From assembly GCA_965112735.1 (NCBI GenBank), contig OZ218950.1, positions 7,130,001 to 7,194,000 of the forward strand: a DNA stretch of 64,000 nt. Direction: 5' to 3'. Of the stretch, positions 1 through 13,007 are shown in pieces. A program made the translations under genes and the position numbers. How positions within the stretch are numbered: the first letter of the stretch is position 1; each line of letters opens with the position of its first letter. This DNA is from Phaeosaccion multiseriatum (Eukaryota > Protista > Ochrophyta, other classes). The notes under the pieces were generated by a model. The model had not been told where the DNA came from. It searched no databases and saw nothing but the letters and a program-made list of their open reading frames with translations.

Positions 1-221
1 ACCCCTCGATGTCTCGCCACACGCAGCACCCCTAGTAGTGCCGGTCTCCCGCGTTAGTGTCACTCTCCTCCCCTTGTGACTGACCATACCGCGACCTGCA
101 ACCACCCTCCGCCTCCCTCCCTCCCTCCCTCCCACCCACCACCCCTCCCTCCCTCCCCCTCTCTCTCTCTCTCTCCCTCCCTCCCTCGCTCCCTCCTTCC
201 CTCCTTCCTCCCTCCCTACAG

Positions 222-436
222 ACTGCCGAAAGTGTAAGCGGGCAGTCGTCAGCTGTGACTCTCTCAAGACGACTAACTACCCCCTGTGGCTGCACCGCCA
301 CGGCAAGCGCCCCCGAGGGGAGGACGGCAAAGCGGTGCCTGTGCGCCCCTCCAAAGTGGAGGTGCATGCATGGGCCAGGCTGACGCGCGAGTCCCCAACC
401 CCCGTCAAGTTCAAGAATGTGTACGAGCTGCCCTGA
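222..436 (+). CDS. Probable terminal exon of a gene starting before the window; product unknown
   Basis: A polypyrimidine tract and CAG acceptor (219-221) precede an open frame (x)CRKCKRAVVSCDSLKTTNYPLWLH...KFKNVYELP ending in TGA 434-436. It is absent from the ORF track because it has no ATG. Confidence 0.45.
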
Positions 437-916
437 GAGACAGACACGTGTCTCGGCGCCGCGTCTCGACCCCGCAAGCCACCGGTTCAGTCGGGCTTCT
501 CTTTGCTACTAGAGAGAGAAGGAGAGGCGTGTCTGAGGCTTAATTTTGGTTTCAGTTTCATGTATTAGACCTCGCCCCTGAGCTGGCCCGAAGGGAGCTT
601 TCCGCTATTCGGCTTTTGTGTAAGAGGACGGAAATTAGGCGAATAGAATAGCCTAATCTTGTTGATAGACCAATCAATCAATAGGAAAGAGCGCTCTGTG
701 AAAGGAGGGTAGAACAAGCTATCGCATCGCTACCCGACAAGTAGCACGCTTAGCACGCTCTCTCTCTCTCTCTTCCCCTCCTCCCTTACTGCATACGCCT
801 TACAGACGGGGCCCTCTCCAGTCACCCTCCTTGCCTCCACAGAGCGCCTCTCACCTACCGGCCTCTTAAGCTGCAGCTGCTGGCCTCTCAGCTCCTTCTT
901 AGCTCCTCTCCCCTCC

Positions 917-2707
917 TTATCGCATGATCCGGCGCGACACCCACAACATGGCCTTATCAATGCCGGCCAGCGTGAGCTCCACGCGGCTGTCGAACAGGGG
1001 ATCCTCCGTCCGACCCTTCCGTGCGTATGTGATGATGCGACGCGTCAGGTCCTCCGTGGTGATGGAGCGATCGGGGGCGTCCATCTGCTGCCATTCAGAC
1101 AAGTTGTTGATACGTTGTGTTGCAGGCAGGGTGAGAGAAAGAAGAGGGGAATTGAATGAGTGGGTGGTGTGGTGTGGTGTGGTGTGGTGTGGTGTGTGTG
1201 TATGTGCGCGCGGGGGGGTATTGTATGTGTGTGAATGGTGCCTTGAAGTGCGGCAAAAGAAAGAGCCCAGGCAAGAGGGAGGCGCGGTGCGTGGAATATC
1301 ACACCGACTGACCGGTTCATCACACCGACTGTGGAATATCACACCGACTGACCGTTTCATCACACCGACTGACCGTTTCATCTCTCTTGTCTCTCCTCCC
1401 TTCTCCCTCCTCCCTCGCCCTCTCCCTCCCAAGAAAAATTCCACGAATGACTCCTCAGATACTTGTGTCCTTCCCTCACACTACCCTTCCCTCCCCTCGC
1501 GCTCCTCGTCGCCCCCGTCCCCGCGCCCACCCTTGCTCCCCATCCCACATCACCCCCCCTCCTTCCCCTCCTCCTATGCACCCTTCCCCCCTCCCCATAC
1601 CCGCGCACCACCACAGCCGCACCTGCCGCTCCATGCCGTGATCTTTCGCTCCAAACTCAAAGTCGTGCCTCTCGTAGCGGCCCGATCTCCTCCTCACCCC
1701 GCAGGTAACCACAACGGTCTTGCCGAGGCCGAACCCAATGGACCCCTCGAGGCCCTTCCGAATGATGATGCAGGCAGGGAAGGAGGAGCCTCTGTCCGCC
1801 ATGTCGAACATTTTGTCCGTGAAGGAGGGGTGGAACGCGCTCGAGATGAGGATGCTTTTTGTGGATGAGAAGGGGGGGGAGGAGGGTGGACGGGAGAGAG
1901 AGGGAGAGAGGGAGAGAGGGAGAGGGAGGAGAGAGAGGTCATACTCCATCAGTACGCAGTACAAGTAGATGAAGAGGTAAATCCTGAATACAGCCTGACA
2001 CCTGACACCTGGTACCACTCACTCTGCGCCGATGGGGTCGATGAGCTTCTCTGAAGTGGCGAAGCACGGCCGCTTGATAATGTTCCTCCGCAGAGTCATC
2101 CACTCGTGCAGGAACGGGGCCGCGTGACGCTGGTCCATGTACCACCCAAACTCGGGCATATCTATACCCCGGTCCGTAATGTCCGAGTTCTTCTCGGCGA
2201 AGGGAGCGGTTTCACTGCCTAAGTCAAGGGCAACGTCTCGGAGGTTGGGGCCGTATTTGGGTCCGGAGCTCTCGCCGCACTGACTCACGGCAAGCATCCG
2301 CCACTTGTTCTGGAGGTGCCGTGCGATGAGGGGCGTGAACATGTGGCTGCGGTTGACGCCGTCGAAGGGCTCGGACAGCTGCACCACCTTCCGCCGCTCC
2401 CCACTGAGGTACGAAATACACGATACATAACACACCATCACAAGATGGGAGCGGGGAGAGAGGAGAGGGGAGAGGTGAGGTAGATGGGTACGGTGGGAGC
2501 GGTGGGAGGGAGGGGGTGGTTGGATTGGTGCCGGGTTTGGCGTTGTCTCATGAGAAGGAGACAAGCTCTGTAAATGCAGAAGTGAGCAGGCCGCACCAAG
2601 AGGCCTCTTCCCTCCTGCGTGAAAGAAAGACACACTCTGTCTATCAATGTCAAGTCCACCCCCCTTCGAGTGGATCTCGATCCCCCCCCTCCCTGGCCTC
2701 GACACCG

Positions 2708-2744
<37 letters not shown>

Positions 2745-3635
2745 CCCCTCTTGTCCCCACCTCGGGCTGTTCGCCTGCTTCGCTGAAATCTCGTGGAACT
2801 CATCCCGATCGAAGTTGGACTGCGCCTTCACGGCCTCATCCTGCGCCGCCAGCAGCCCGAGCCACTCGTCCGGCGTCTCATAGCGCACCCGGAGAATGTG
2901 TACACACAGAGAGCGCAGCGGTGCGGGCTCGTCCGAGTCGAAGAGCCGCTGCCCCAGTTTCTGTGCCTCACCTCGGGACAGCTTCTTTCCATCGAGGAGC
3001 ATACGAGCGAACTCCGTGAGCTCCTTGCTAGCAGGGCGGACCGTATGCTTCCCGATGGACGAGGCCAGCTCCTCCCGCTCTACCAAGTCGAGGATCTGCT
3101 CACTGCTGCAGCCCCCCCGCTTCACCCCCTTGGTGCCCAGCTCGGGCCGCCGGAGGGCCACAGCCTTGAGCACAGCGGTATCGGTCTCCGAGATAGCGCG
3201 CTTCACAAACAAAGTGCCCAGGAAGGAGGCCAGCCGCTGCTCTGCGAGTGGGTTTGCACCCGGATCCTCCAAGTCTATGGTTTGCATGGCCTCGGTGAGG
3301 GGCTCGACGAGCTCCACAGGGATGGGCTTGCTGCCCTTCTCGCCCACGGCTACGGCCTTGATCCCCTGCCGAAGAGTCCCCATGATGCCCAGCTCGATGT
3401 TGGGGTCCTGTGCTTGGTTGGGCAGACGGACAAGGTGCACGTAGCAGAGCGAGATGAACCTTTCGGAAAATAAGAGCGTAGAAAGGGAGCAGCATAAATT
3501 GGCGTCGACGGCCCACGTACCTCCGCCAAGGACAGACGTGACCTCGGTCGCCGGGATGAGCTCGCGCCCGTAGCGAAAGATCCTATTCGTTCGAGGTGGG
3601 GGGTGCCTCGGTGTGGTGTGGGCTGTATTCGCCGC

Positions 3636-3670
<35 letters not shown>

Positions 3671-3829
3671 GTGCCTCAGTGAAGTTGCTGCTACTGGTCC
3701 CGAGAAGCCATGGCACGAGGACGGAAGGTAGGCCAGACCACCGCAGAAGCTGGCCAGCAGTAGCGCCGCCTTCGTCGGTCGACACATGTTTTGTGGGGGC
3801 GAGGGAGATTTTCGGGAGCGGGTCACCAT
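917..3829 (-). CDS. TrpD/YbiB-like (glycosyltransferase family 3 fold) protein with a putative bipartite plastid-targeting leader; 5 exons
   Basis: Exons 3829(or 3787)-3521, 3407-2761, 2403-2023, 1854-1623 and ~1084-917 join in frame at GT-AG introns. The helical bundle LSRGEAQKLG...ILRVRYETPDEWLG resembles the TrpD N-domain. EPFDGVNRS and SSGPKYG resemble the YbiB/TrpD2-like group. Leader: MCRPTKAALLLASFCGGLAYLPSSCHG-F followed by an S/R-rich stretch. Confidence 0.7.
1293..1382. repeat. Intronic minisatellite, five copies of core ATCACACCGACTG
   Basis: Visible tandem units lie inside the last intron of the TrpD-like gene. Confidence 0.8.
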
Positions 3830-3898
3830 CTTGGCGTTGTGGTGATCCGAGTCACAGCGCCGTAAAACGCCAAGAGAGGGGCCGCCAAAATTCGCAAA

Positions 3899-5298
3899 AT
3901 GATGGTGGCTGTGCGGGAGGAAGGGGGAGTGGATGAGCAGGAGAAGGAGAAGAAGGAGGAGGGGGAGGAGGAGGAGGAGGAGGAGGAGTGGATGGCTGTG
4001 CTATCTCCGCCTCCCAGCGGCCCCCTCTCTCCCCCCCAGACCGAGACGCTTCTATACTCCTCTTTGGGACAGGAAAGCAGCGTATCGCAGTACTCGGAGG
4101 CACGCTCTGAAACCAAGGGGAAGACCAAGCACCCAAGGATTGGTCCAAAGGCGCAGGCGTTCTTGCAGGCAAGGGATGAGGAGAATCGGCGCATGGAGGC
4201 CATTGTGGTGGACAAGATGAAGAAGCTGAGACGGCGGCAGGTACTGATGCTCCGGCGAAGGAAATTTGAAGGTAGTCCACCACGTCAGCAGCAGCGAAGC
4301 CCCCGGCAGAAGAGCGAGCCGCCGTGTGCTGGTGGTGGTGAAAGTGAGGCGAAAAGACGATGGAGAATGGTTGCAGCATCAAACACTATCGCCAAACCTG
4401 GTATTCAGAGCGCTGCACTCAGTCGGACGCAGATGAGAGATGACACGGCATCAACTGACCAGCAGCACCCGGATAGAAGACGACAGCGGCCTGAGGTGTG
4501 GGCAAAGCCACCGACCAGGCCAATGTCGTGTCCAAGCTATGGCCGGAGCAGTGGCTACGGCCAGCCTATCGTGGCCCACAAGTCCCCATCGAGGAGTACC
4601 CCTTACGACAGGGAAGGGAAACAGGAGCAGCAGCAGGAGGAGGGGCGGGACTGGCTGCGAGAGGGAGAAGAGCAGCAGCACTCAAAGCACGGCAGCAGTG
4701 TGATTCGTGTGCCCGCCCCGCCCAGGCCCCGGACGGCATCGCCAGCAGCAGCAGGGGGGACGGAGGTTAGCGGACAAGCGACGCATCAGGTATTGAGAGG
4801 GACTCCGCCCCGCCCGTCGTCCTCAGCGCCCTGCACAAGACAGCAGGGATCGGGGAAGACCTCGAAGGAGGTCTCCATCTCTAAGGGGCCCCTTCGCCGC
4901 CGGCTGATGGCAGAGCCCCCGCTAGAGGAACGGCCTCAGGGGTGGTTGTGCTTTGGAAGAGGTGACTCGGGCCCGCCGAAGCATTACCCGATCAAGGCAC
5001 CTAGAAGGGCCGCAGCGAAGGATGTGCAGCGACCGCACCAGAAGGGAAGACGCTCCATTCGGGATTGGAGAGGAGTGAGTGGGAAGAGAGGGGGGCGGAA
5101 AGGAGCGGGCACAACAGGAGAAGCACCCCCCTCCCCTATTGCCGCAGTGCTCACCAGTGGGAGGATCGCTCCCGTCTCTCCGCAAGCCTTCGCCTTTCCG
5201 CTTGGGGAAGGCTCCGTCGTGGCCGCTTCTTCTTCCTTCATCTCCGCGGTGCCCCTCTCCTCTCCGTGCATCTCCTACGCACCAACGCCCCCTCCACC

Positions 5299-5362
<64 letters not shown>

Positions 5363-7819
5363 CCAAGGCGGGCCAGCAGCGGCTATCGCAGGACACGAGA
5401 GCGAGGGGGCTCGAGGCCGGGTACACGGAGTGACTCTTGTGCAGCAAGGGAGAGGGAGAGAAGACGCCGCCCCCGGCTCGGGCCGACGTCGAGCCCTCGA
5501 GTGCGGCGGGCAATGGGTGGGGCGGACGAGCTGGGCAAGGGACAGGGCGTACGATGGCTCGTTGCGCCCACATCAGCAGTAGCAGCAGTTGGTGATACAG
5601 CGTCAGCAGGAGCAAGAGGAAGAGGGCGTGGCGGCGGCGGAGGTGACCCCACCGCTTCGATCAAGAGGCGCTCTTCTTTGGTGCGGCCTATTTTCGTTGA
5701 CTTATCTGGCCCGGCGAGGGCGAAGCTGCTTCGCCACATCAAGGAGAGACATATCGTGGAGCAGCTCATTGTTTCCTCCTCCTGGGCTTGCCAGAGCTAC
5801 AGCAGTAGAGGAGGAGGAGGGAGAAGTCTCACTGCGATAGGGCCCGGTGGGGGTGTGGGGTGCGAGGGGCGCCATATTGAAGAGCCTTCGGGGAGGAAGG
5901 TGGAGGCGTCAGTGGGGAGTGTTGAGGACGAAGGAGTAGGCGGGAGAAGCGGAGGGGGAGGAGCAGGAGGAGGAGGAGGTGGAGGAGGAGGAGGAAGAAG
6001 AGGAGGAAGAGGAGCAGGAGGAGGAGCAGGAGGAGGAAGACGAAGAAGAGGAGCAGGAGCAGGAGGAGGAAGAGGAGGAGGCGAAAGAAGAAGAGGAAAC
6101 GGAGAGAGGAGAGCAAGCTGCTGGGCAGGAGGGGCGGGTGGCAGTGTCGTCATCAGCGAAGTGCGAGCATCCACAGACACGCCGCCGCCGAGAGCAAGGG
6201 GCATCCTGGTGGAGTTTCGGGCACAGCAGGTAGGGTATCGGGCCCATGGCGAGGAGTATCGGGGCCAGGAGGTGGGGGGAGGAGAGGTTGAGCGTCGGTT
6301 AGTTCGGCAACACGAGGGTGGAGAGGAAGGTCATCGAGCAGACGAGCAGGACGAAGGGGGCGAGGAGCAAGAGGAAGAGGAGGAGGAGGAGGAGCAGGAG
6401 GAGGGGGGGCAGGGACAGGGGCAGGACGAGGAGGAGCAGGAGTATGAGGAGGAGAGAGTGAAGCCGCAGCGGCAGCAGCAGCAGCAGCACGAGGAGGAGG
6501 AGGAGGAGGAGGAGGAGGAGGAGGAGGAGGAGGAGGAGGAGGAGGAGGAGAAGGAGGAGGAGGAGGTGGAGGAGGAGGAGGAGGAAGAGGAGGAGGAGGA
6601 GGAAGAGGAGGAGTATGAGTATGAGGAGTTTGATGAGGAGGAGGACGAGGAGGAGGAGCAGATGTCTCAGGAGGACTGCGTGGAGTTTTCCGACGAAGAC
6701 TATGAGCCCCAGGAAGGAGAGGATGGGCCTCTGCAGGAGGGGGAGGAGGGCGATGTGTCTCAGGAGGATTACGTGGAGTCTTCCGAGGAAGAGTATGAGC
6801 CTCCACAGGGAAGAAAGAAGGAGTCGCAGCAGAAAGAGGAGGATGAGGAGGAGGAGGGGGAGGAGGAGGAGGAGGAGGACGAGGAGGAGGAGGAGGAGGA
6901 GGAGGAGGAGGAGGAGGAGGAGGAGGAGGAGGAGGAGGAGGAGGAGGAGGAGGAGGAGGAGGAGGAGGGGGAGGGGGAGGAGGGAGAGGAGGAAAGCGAC
7001 GCGAGGCAGGAGCAATGGACACGGCAGGCGGCGCGAGTCGTGTACTTACCCCTGCATCTCCTCCCCCATGTGACGGCCGCTTGCTACCCCGGCCTAGGGT
7101 GGAAAGTGGCGCACAAGCTCCGCCAACAGAGGGAAAGCGCGAACTCCAACTCAAACTGTGCGCCGCTGCAGGAGGTGCTGTCTCGTAGAGAGTTGTGGGC
7201 CTGTGGACAGAGCGTGCTCCACTGGCTGGGGGGCAGGGGAGTCTATCCTCCCTTGCCTTCGGAGGACCAAAGGGGGGCGCGTGGCAGGGCAGCACGAGTT
7301 GGTGATACAGGACTTGCACAACCGACGAGAACATTGCCCTCCCCCGAGACGAAGCAGAGAGCGGCGGCCAGGCAGCAGAGCAAGCGCAGCAACGGCAGCA
7401 GCAGCCGCCGCAGTCGAGTCACATCAAGTTATGGGAGCAGAGTTGGAGCTGGCATAAGAGCCAGAGGCCCTCCACATAGCACCTTCGCCCGGCAATGCCA
7501 GAAGGAGAAGGAGGAGGAGGGGGGGGGAGAGACTGGAGCAGGAAGGGTCCGGGGGGTGTCTTTCGTCGCCCCTGTAGATGGCGGCGTCCTGGAGGGGCGT
7601 CGAGCAGGAGAGCAGTTGGTGATACAGCAGCAGCGGCAGCTGCAGCAGGAGGGGTTTCGAGTCGACGTTCTGCGGATGCTGCGAGACGACGCCAGGGGCT
7701 TCGCGGCAGAGCTGGCGAGGAAGGCTCAGTTGGGGCAGCCGTTACAGCCCCGGCAGAGGCGCAGTGCTCCCATTAGAATAGAGGTAGAGGGGGGCCAAAG
7801 GGGGGGGGAGAGGTGGTAG
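3899..7819 (+). CDS. Large low-complexity hypothetical protein (poly-E, poly-Q, G/R-rich)
   Basis: 1306-codon uninterrupted ORF starting at an ATG 70 bp from the divergent TrpD-like gene. No recognisable domain. Confidence 0.55.
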
Positions 7820-8428
7820 TGTCGCCACAGTAGAGGGGGCGGGTGGCACCACCACCACCACCACCGTCGCTCTCCTCTTTCCTCCTTTGAGCGAATTATC
7901 TAACCATCCATTTTGACAAACTGGGGGACCTATCCTACTGTTTCGTGCCCGTTGACGGCCCCTATCGCTTGGGAGCCGTCTGACGGCTGTGGAGTTGAGA
8001 AGATACGGAGGGGAGTGGGAAGAGGAGAGCCCTTTCACACTGAATTGAAATTTGAAATGCCGGAAACGACCGAACCGACGCTCTCCTTCCCTTCTTCTTG
8101 AAAAACGGAAGAGCTGCCTTCTTGGCCTTCTTGCCCGACGAAGGCGCCGTGGGACGGCACCTTGTGTTCCTCACGATGGTCTTTCCACCGTTGGATTGGG
8201 CAGAGCCTCCAGATTGCCCAATCAGACAATCATGAAGACCTCCTCCCCGTCCTCCTCCTCCTCCTCCTCCTCCTCCTCCTCCTCCTCCTCTTCCACTTCC
8301 TGCTCCTCCTCCTGCTGCTGTATCACCAACTGCTGCTGCTACGTATGCTGGTGGTGGTGATGGTGAGACTCATTCCTAGGCGATGCGTGTGTGTGGCCTC
8401 CCTCCTGCTACACAAAGCGCTACACAAG

Positions 8429-9731
8429 TCATGACAACACGCAGCCGCCCTCCTGCCTCTGCTCGTGCCGCTTCCGTGAGCTCCCCAGAGCCTCCTCCGC
8501 GAAAGTCGGCAACACAAAGGCCGCCGAGTGAATGGCCGTGCTGTAGTAGCGCAGGTGCTGGGCCACCTCTGGTCGGGGCACTCTCACTGGCTTGGACAGA
8601 TCGGTTAAAGTGTTGGAGGCCAGCACGAAGCCGATCTGGCCAGACGGGTAGGAGGGAATGGTGGTATACGCGTAGTCCACCGTGTCGAAGATACCCGTAC
8701 AGGCCTTGAGCACCGTTTGGATAAAGTCGAGGTGCAGCCACAGGCACTCCCCCTGTGTGCAGATGATGCCCCCCGGCGCCAGGGCCTTCTTCATATTCTC
8801 ATAGAAGGCGGGCTTATAGAGACTCTCCGCGGGCCCCACGGGGTCGGAAGAGTCCACAATGATAATGTCGTAGCCGTTGTTGCCCTCACGCTTCACGAAC
8901 TCCGCCGCGTCCTCGTGCACAAGGTTGAGGCGGGGGTCTCCGAAGGCGGTGGAGGTGCAGAACGCGAAGCGCTTCGACACCTCGCACACCTTTGTGGGGG
9001 GAGGGAGTGCGTGTGTGCGTGTGTGTCACGCATGGAGTAGGGCCACCAGCAGCAGGCAGCGGAGTCGCAACACCCGCGGGGGAGAGGGAGATCAGACTGA
9101 GTTCTCCTATCGCCACTCGCGTGGGTTCGAGTGGGTGAGCAAGCAAGGCCCAATCCTATCAGAAGGGCCAGATGAGGACGACATTTCGAGAACCAAGTTA
9201 AAGGCAGTCGTCGTCGAGCACCACACGCACGTACCACGGGGTCGATTTCGCACATATCGATGCTAGAGATGTTGGGGTCCCGAGCCACTTCCCTCAGAAC
9301 GCCCCCATCCCCACCCCCCACGATGAGCACCCTCTTCGGTGCGGGGTGGCAGTGCATGGGTATTTGTGTGAGCATCTCCTGGTAGCTGAACTCATCCCTC
9401 TCCGTCACCTGGATCACACCGTCCAGCACGAGCACCTGAGGGCGAGAGGGGTCGAGTCATCGCATGTAAGTCAAGGCTGTCTCGTTCCCCCTCCACTCCC
9501 CCCAACCCCCGGTCCTGGAGACCTGCTCCCTCTCCAAGCAAGGAGACAAAGCAGGTCCCATCCCTCCGTTCGGTCGTCAGTGCTCACCTTGCCGTAGGTT
9601 GTGCTCTTAAACACCTGTACATCCTGAAACTCGCTCCTCTCATGGTAGAGCTCCTCCTCCACTTCTAGCGAGAAGCGCTGTCCCGGCCACATTTGCTCGT
9701 GCTCAGAAAACCACCCATCCTTGATACTCAT
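8429..9731 (-). CDS. SRM: Spermidine synthase; 3 exons
   Basis: Exons 9731-9588, 9435-9235, 8989-8429. Motifs: DGWFSE...[63 protein letters not shown]. Confidence 0.97.
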
Positions 9732-9958
9732 AGCTTCCTTCTTCTTTCTCTAATTCCTCTTCTCAAAAATCTCTCAAACTCACAAACTCACCCCACCTAG
9801 GTTCAGTTTCAGTTTCAGTTTCAGACCCCCCGATAGCTCTTTCATTTCCCCCCCCTCTTCGGTGCCCTCACTCTAACAAAAGGATACAGGGAGGGCTGAG
9901 AGGCTGCTGGGAAGCTTGGTGTCGAGGAAGCAGCAGAGAGAGAGCAAGAGCAGGCTCG

Positions 9959-11362
9959 ATGCGAAGACCCTGTGCAGCTCGCAGGCGCTCTCTCGCAGGC
10001 GCAGGCTCTGTCTCGTGCGCGAAGGCGGCTCTTCTCCTTCTGACCGTGCTTGCAGCGGCAGTTGCATGGGCTCCTACGATGCCACTGGCAACCTCCAGGA
10101 GGGTGCTGCCTCAAGGGAGGAAAGCACCAGCCTCTCGATGCATTCGTTCTTCTCCCCCCCCATCAACACCAGCAGTACCAAATCGTCCACGCTCGAGGCA
10201 GCTTCTCATGTCTCCTCCGTCAGATGGCAAGAGTAGCAATGATATGGAAGAGGTCCCATCGGCACCGACGGCGATAGACGCGGCTGGTGGAGGGGCAGTT
10301 GTGGCCGGGGAAGTGCCAGCTGGCGAGCCGCAAGGGAGGCTTGCCAAGTTCAAGGCAGAGGCGAAGAAGTTCTTCAAAGGAGACTCCGCCTTTCGCAAGA
10401 AGTTAGAGAAGGCCGGTCTGGCTGCCGCCCTCAGCTACGGCTGGGTTAGCAATGCCTCGTACGCCATCTGCATCAGCGTGGCTTGGTACCTGGCCACTGT
10501 GCGCTCTGGCGGCGTGTCCCCTCTCGCCCCTGGGCAGGTAGGGGGAGTGAGGGGAGGGAGGGAGGGGAGGGGAGGGGAGGGAGAAAGGAAGGTTCAGTCC
10601 CTCAGTCACGAACGTAGGAATTAAAGTGTCTCTCCTTAGCCTGAACCAGAACCCCTCTAACCCCCCCCAACTCTCTCCATCCTCTATCCCCAGTGGCAAT
10701 ATTTCTTGGGCGTTTATGCCGGGGTGTTCGCCCTCAACAACATCATCAGGCCCTTCAGGTACATTCAGGGACTTGAGTCGTGGAGCCGAGGAACCGCGCA
10801 GTGCGACGGCTAGAATGATTCGCCCCCGATTTGTATTCAACTGGCTTGGTGTACATCAATCACTCGCAGCACGCCCAACTGACTTGCTCCTCACTCGTTT
10901 GCCACGTACCTTGGCTCCGCTTCGGCCCTCAGATTCGCGCTGAGCATCACCTTGGCCCCCTTCTTTGAGAAGTGAGTTGGAAAGGACAGGGACGGGGGAG
11001 GGGGGGAAAGGCAGGCGAAAGAGCGTAACTCCACGAAAGAAAAAAGGCATAGCTCCACGCTTGTGCCGATGCACCGACTCCCCAACTGGAGGAGCCTGCC
11101 CCTTCATCCCTTCTCTCCTCCCTGACCCTCTCCTTCGTCCTCCCTCCTCCCCCGCCTCCCTCCCTCCCTCCCTCCCTCCCTCCCTCCCTTCAGCTTCATC
11201 AAGAGCCTGCAGAGTCGGACGGGGTGGAGCAGGACCGTATGCACGGGATGCACGGTGGTGATATTCAACGTGTTCGGCACCATCTTCCTCATGGGCGGTG
11301 GAGTGTGCCTCGCGTCCTACCTGGGGGGCGCTCCCGTTTGGGTGAGGTCAGTCGCCAAGTGA
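9959..11362 (+). CDS. Putative plastid membrane protein, FAM210/DUF1279-like; 4 exons
   Basis: Exons ~9959-10537, 10694-10758, 10933-10971, 11194-11362. Signal-like leader ALLLLTVLAAAVA-WAP, then AGLAAALSYG...VYAGVFALNNIIRPFR|FALSITLAP and several hydrophobic helices. Confidence 0.65.
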
Positions 11363-11721
11363 TGTACTAGTAATAGTAAGACTTGGAGCTATATAGCGGG
11401 GAGGAACGGGAGGCGCAGCGGCGTATCTGCGTCCATGTAAGGATCGTAAGCCCCACTTACGAGTCTACGAGAGCTGAGCCGAGAAGGGCATTAGCTGAGA
11501 GAAGAGCACCAGCCGTCATGGGGGGGGGGTGCTGAATTTATTGGCACCAGGGAGGTATTGCGAGAGAAAGCATGGGCTTTTTGTTACCTTCTCCTCCCTC
11601 CCACACCTTTTATATTTTATAGCATTTTGCTCTGAACAAAAGTAACGAAAATTTAATTTGAATTTTCTCCTTCTCGTGCAAGTACAGTAGGCACTCCGGG
11701 TCGCGGCCTCCTTGGCACCCG

Positions 11722-12843
11722 TCACCCCTCCCCCTCCCCCTCTGTCGAGCCCCCGTCCCCCCCCTCCTCCTCCAACTCTGTTGAGCTCCCGTCCTCCTCA
11801 TCCCCCTCCTCCTCTGTTGAGTCTCTCCCCCCCCCCCCCTCCTCCTCCTCCTCCTCCTCCTCCTCCTCCCCCTCCGGCACGTGTTCCCCTTCGAAGCAGT
11901 AGGGGCCTTCGTCCTCCACGGCGTTCCTGCCCCTCTTGCCCCAGCTGTGGTAGCCGTCGAGGTTGAAGGTCTTGCCGCAGGCCAAGCACTCCTCATATGA
12001 CTTCTTGGACGTGTCCCACCTCGTCACGGTGTCCGGGTGCCTGACTCTGCACATCCGACCGGATGCAAAGTTTGGGTCGTAAGTCTCCCCACATCTTCTG
12101 CAGTGCTTCTGCACTTTGGCGGGCATTAGGGCCTGAGGAAACACTGAAATTAGCGCTTGCAGACCAGCCACCGTCTGGGTTTTCCCCCACAGCAGCTGGA
12201 CCACCTCAGCGGCACTGAGTTTGCACAGCCCGTGCTCGATCCGCTCTCGCTCGCCGGGGAGCTGCTCATCCTGTGCCTCTCGCTCAGACTTTAGCTCAGC
12301 CCGCAGTCGGGCTTCTTTCTCTTCCGCTTCCCGTTTCGCTTCTGCCGCCCGCTCCTGCCTTTGTGCCATGAATTTGGCGGCGGCAGGGTCATCGACAACC
12401 GATTCAAGAGCAGCCGACGCATGCTTGCAGACACGCAATTGGCCAGAGAGAAGGTTACTAATTCTCTGTCGATCTCCATCCGGGCAAGAACACTGCACGA
12501 CAAGTCGCTTCGAGTCGAAGAGGGGTGTCCCATGCTCATTCCACCCGGTGTGGACCACAGTCCCCTTGGCCATGACTATGTAAAGCTCCGACCCAGACGC
12601 CTCCCATTCAAAGTCGACCGATCCATCCTCCAGAACCTCGGAGCGCACTGGTCTTGGCGTGGGCGCAATGTTACATGATCCTTTCACGAACACATCTCGA
12701 ACCAGCCCAGGGATCGCGACCGACCCGGGGACTACCTCCAGGCTAACCCGTGGAACACGAGGAGCGGGAGATTCGGCGTAAGCGAGACGGCGAGCATTCT
12801 CGATGCTCCGAGCTTTGGCGGCACTGCTTTTTGTTCGCGCCAT
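11722..12843 (-). CDS. Intronless SWIM zinc-finger protein with a second Cys/His cluster and an acidic tail
   Basis: ATG 12843 (MARTKSS). SWIM signature CSCPD...CKHASA, downstream CRRC...CRVRH...CLAC...C-x4-H, then poly-E. Confidence 0.7.
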   Translation of the reverse strand: MARTKSSAAKARSIENARRLAYAESPAPRVPRVSLEVVPGSVAIPGLVRDVFVKGSCNIAPTPRPVRSEVLEDGSVDFEWEASGSELYIVMAKGTVVHTGWNEHGTPLFDSKRLVVQCSCPDGDRQRISNLLSGQLRVCKHASAALESVVDDPAAAKFMAQRQERAAEAKREAEEKEARLRAELKSEREAQDEQLPGERERIEHGLCKLSAAEVVQLLWGKTQTVAGLQALISVFPQALMPAKVQKHCRRCGETYDPNFASGRMCRVRHPDTVTRWDTSKKSYEECLACGKTFNLDGYHSWGKRGRNAVEDEGPYCFEGEHVPEGEEEEEEEEEEGGGGRDSTEEEGDEEDGSSTELEEEGGDGGSTEGEGEG

Positions 12844-12902
12844 GTTTTTTGCAAGATCCAACTGCTTTTTTGGGGGGGCGAGTTGAGGCAGGCAGTCTTC
12901 CT

Positions 12903-13007
12903 GGCGGCGATTGGCCGTCGCGCTCCAGCGGGCCCGACACGAACGATCGATCCGACACAGGATCCTGGCTGGTATCAACTTTGTTCCGATGATATGACCT
13001 CGGGGGC
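12903..13007 (+). mobile_element. Short 3' fragment of the CRE-like retrotransposon family
   Basis: GCGCTCCAG-GGGCCCGACACGAACGATCG..CGACACAGGATCCTGGCTGGTATCAACTTTGTTCC matches ~45798-45865. Confidence 0.8.

Noticed and set aside
5797-7334. Poly-P, poly-L and poly-R ORFs overlapping the 1306-aa ORF
   Set aside because: They are alternative-frame or antisense readings of GAG repeats that lack stops.
7913-8430. Short ORFs between the acidic protein and spermidine synthase
   Set aside because: No motifs; consistent with repeat-rich 3' flanks of convergent genes.
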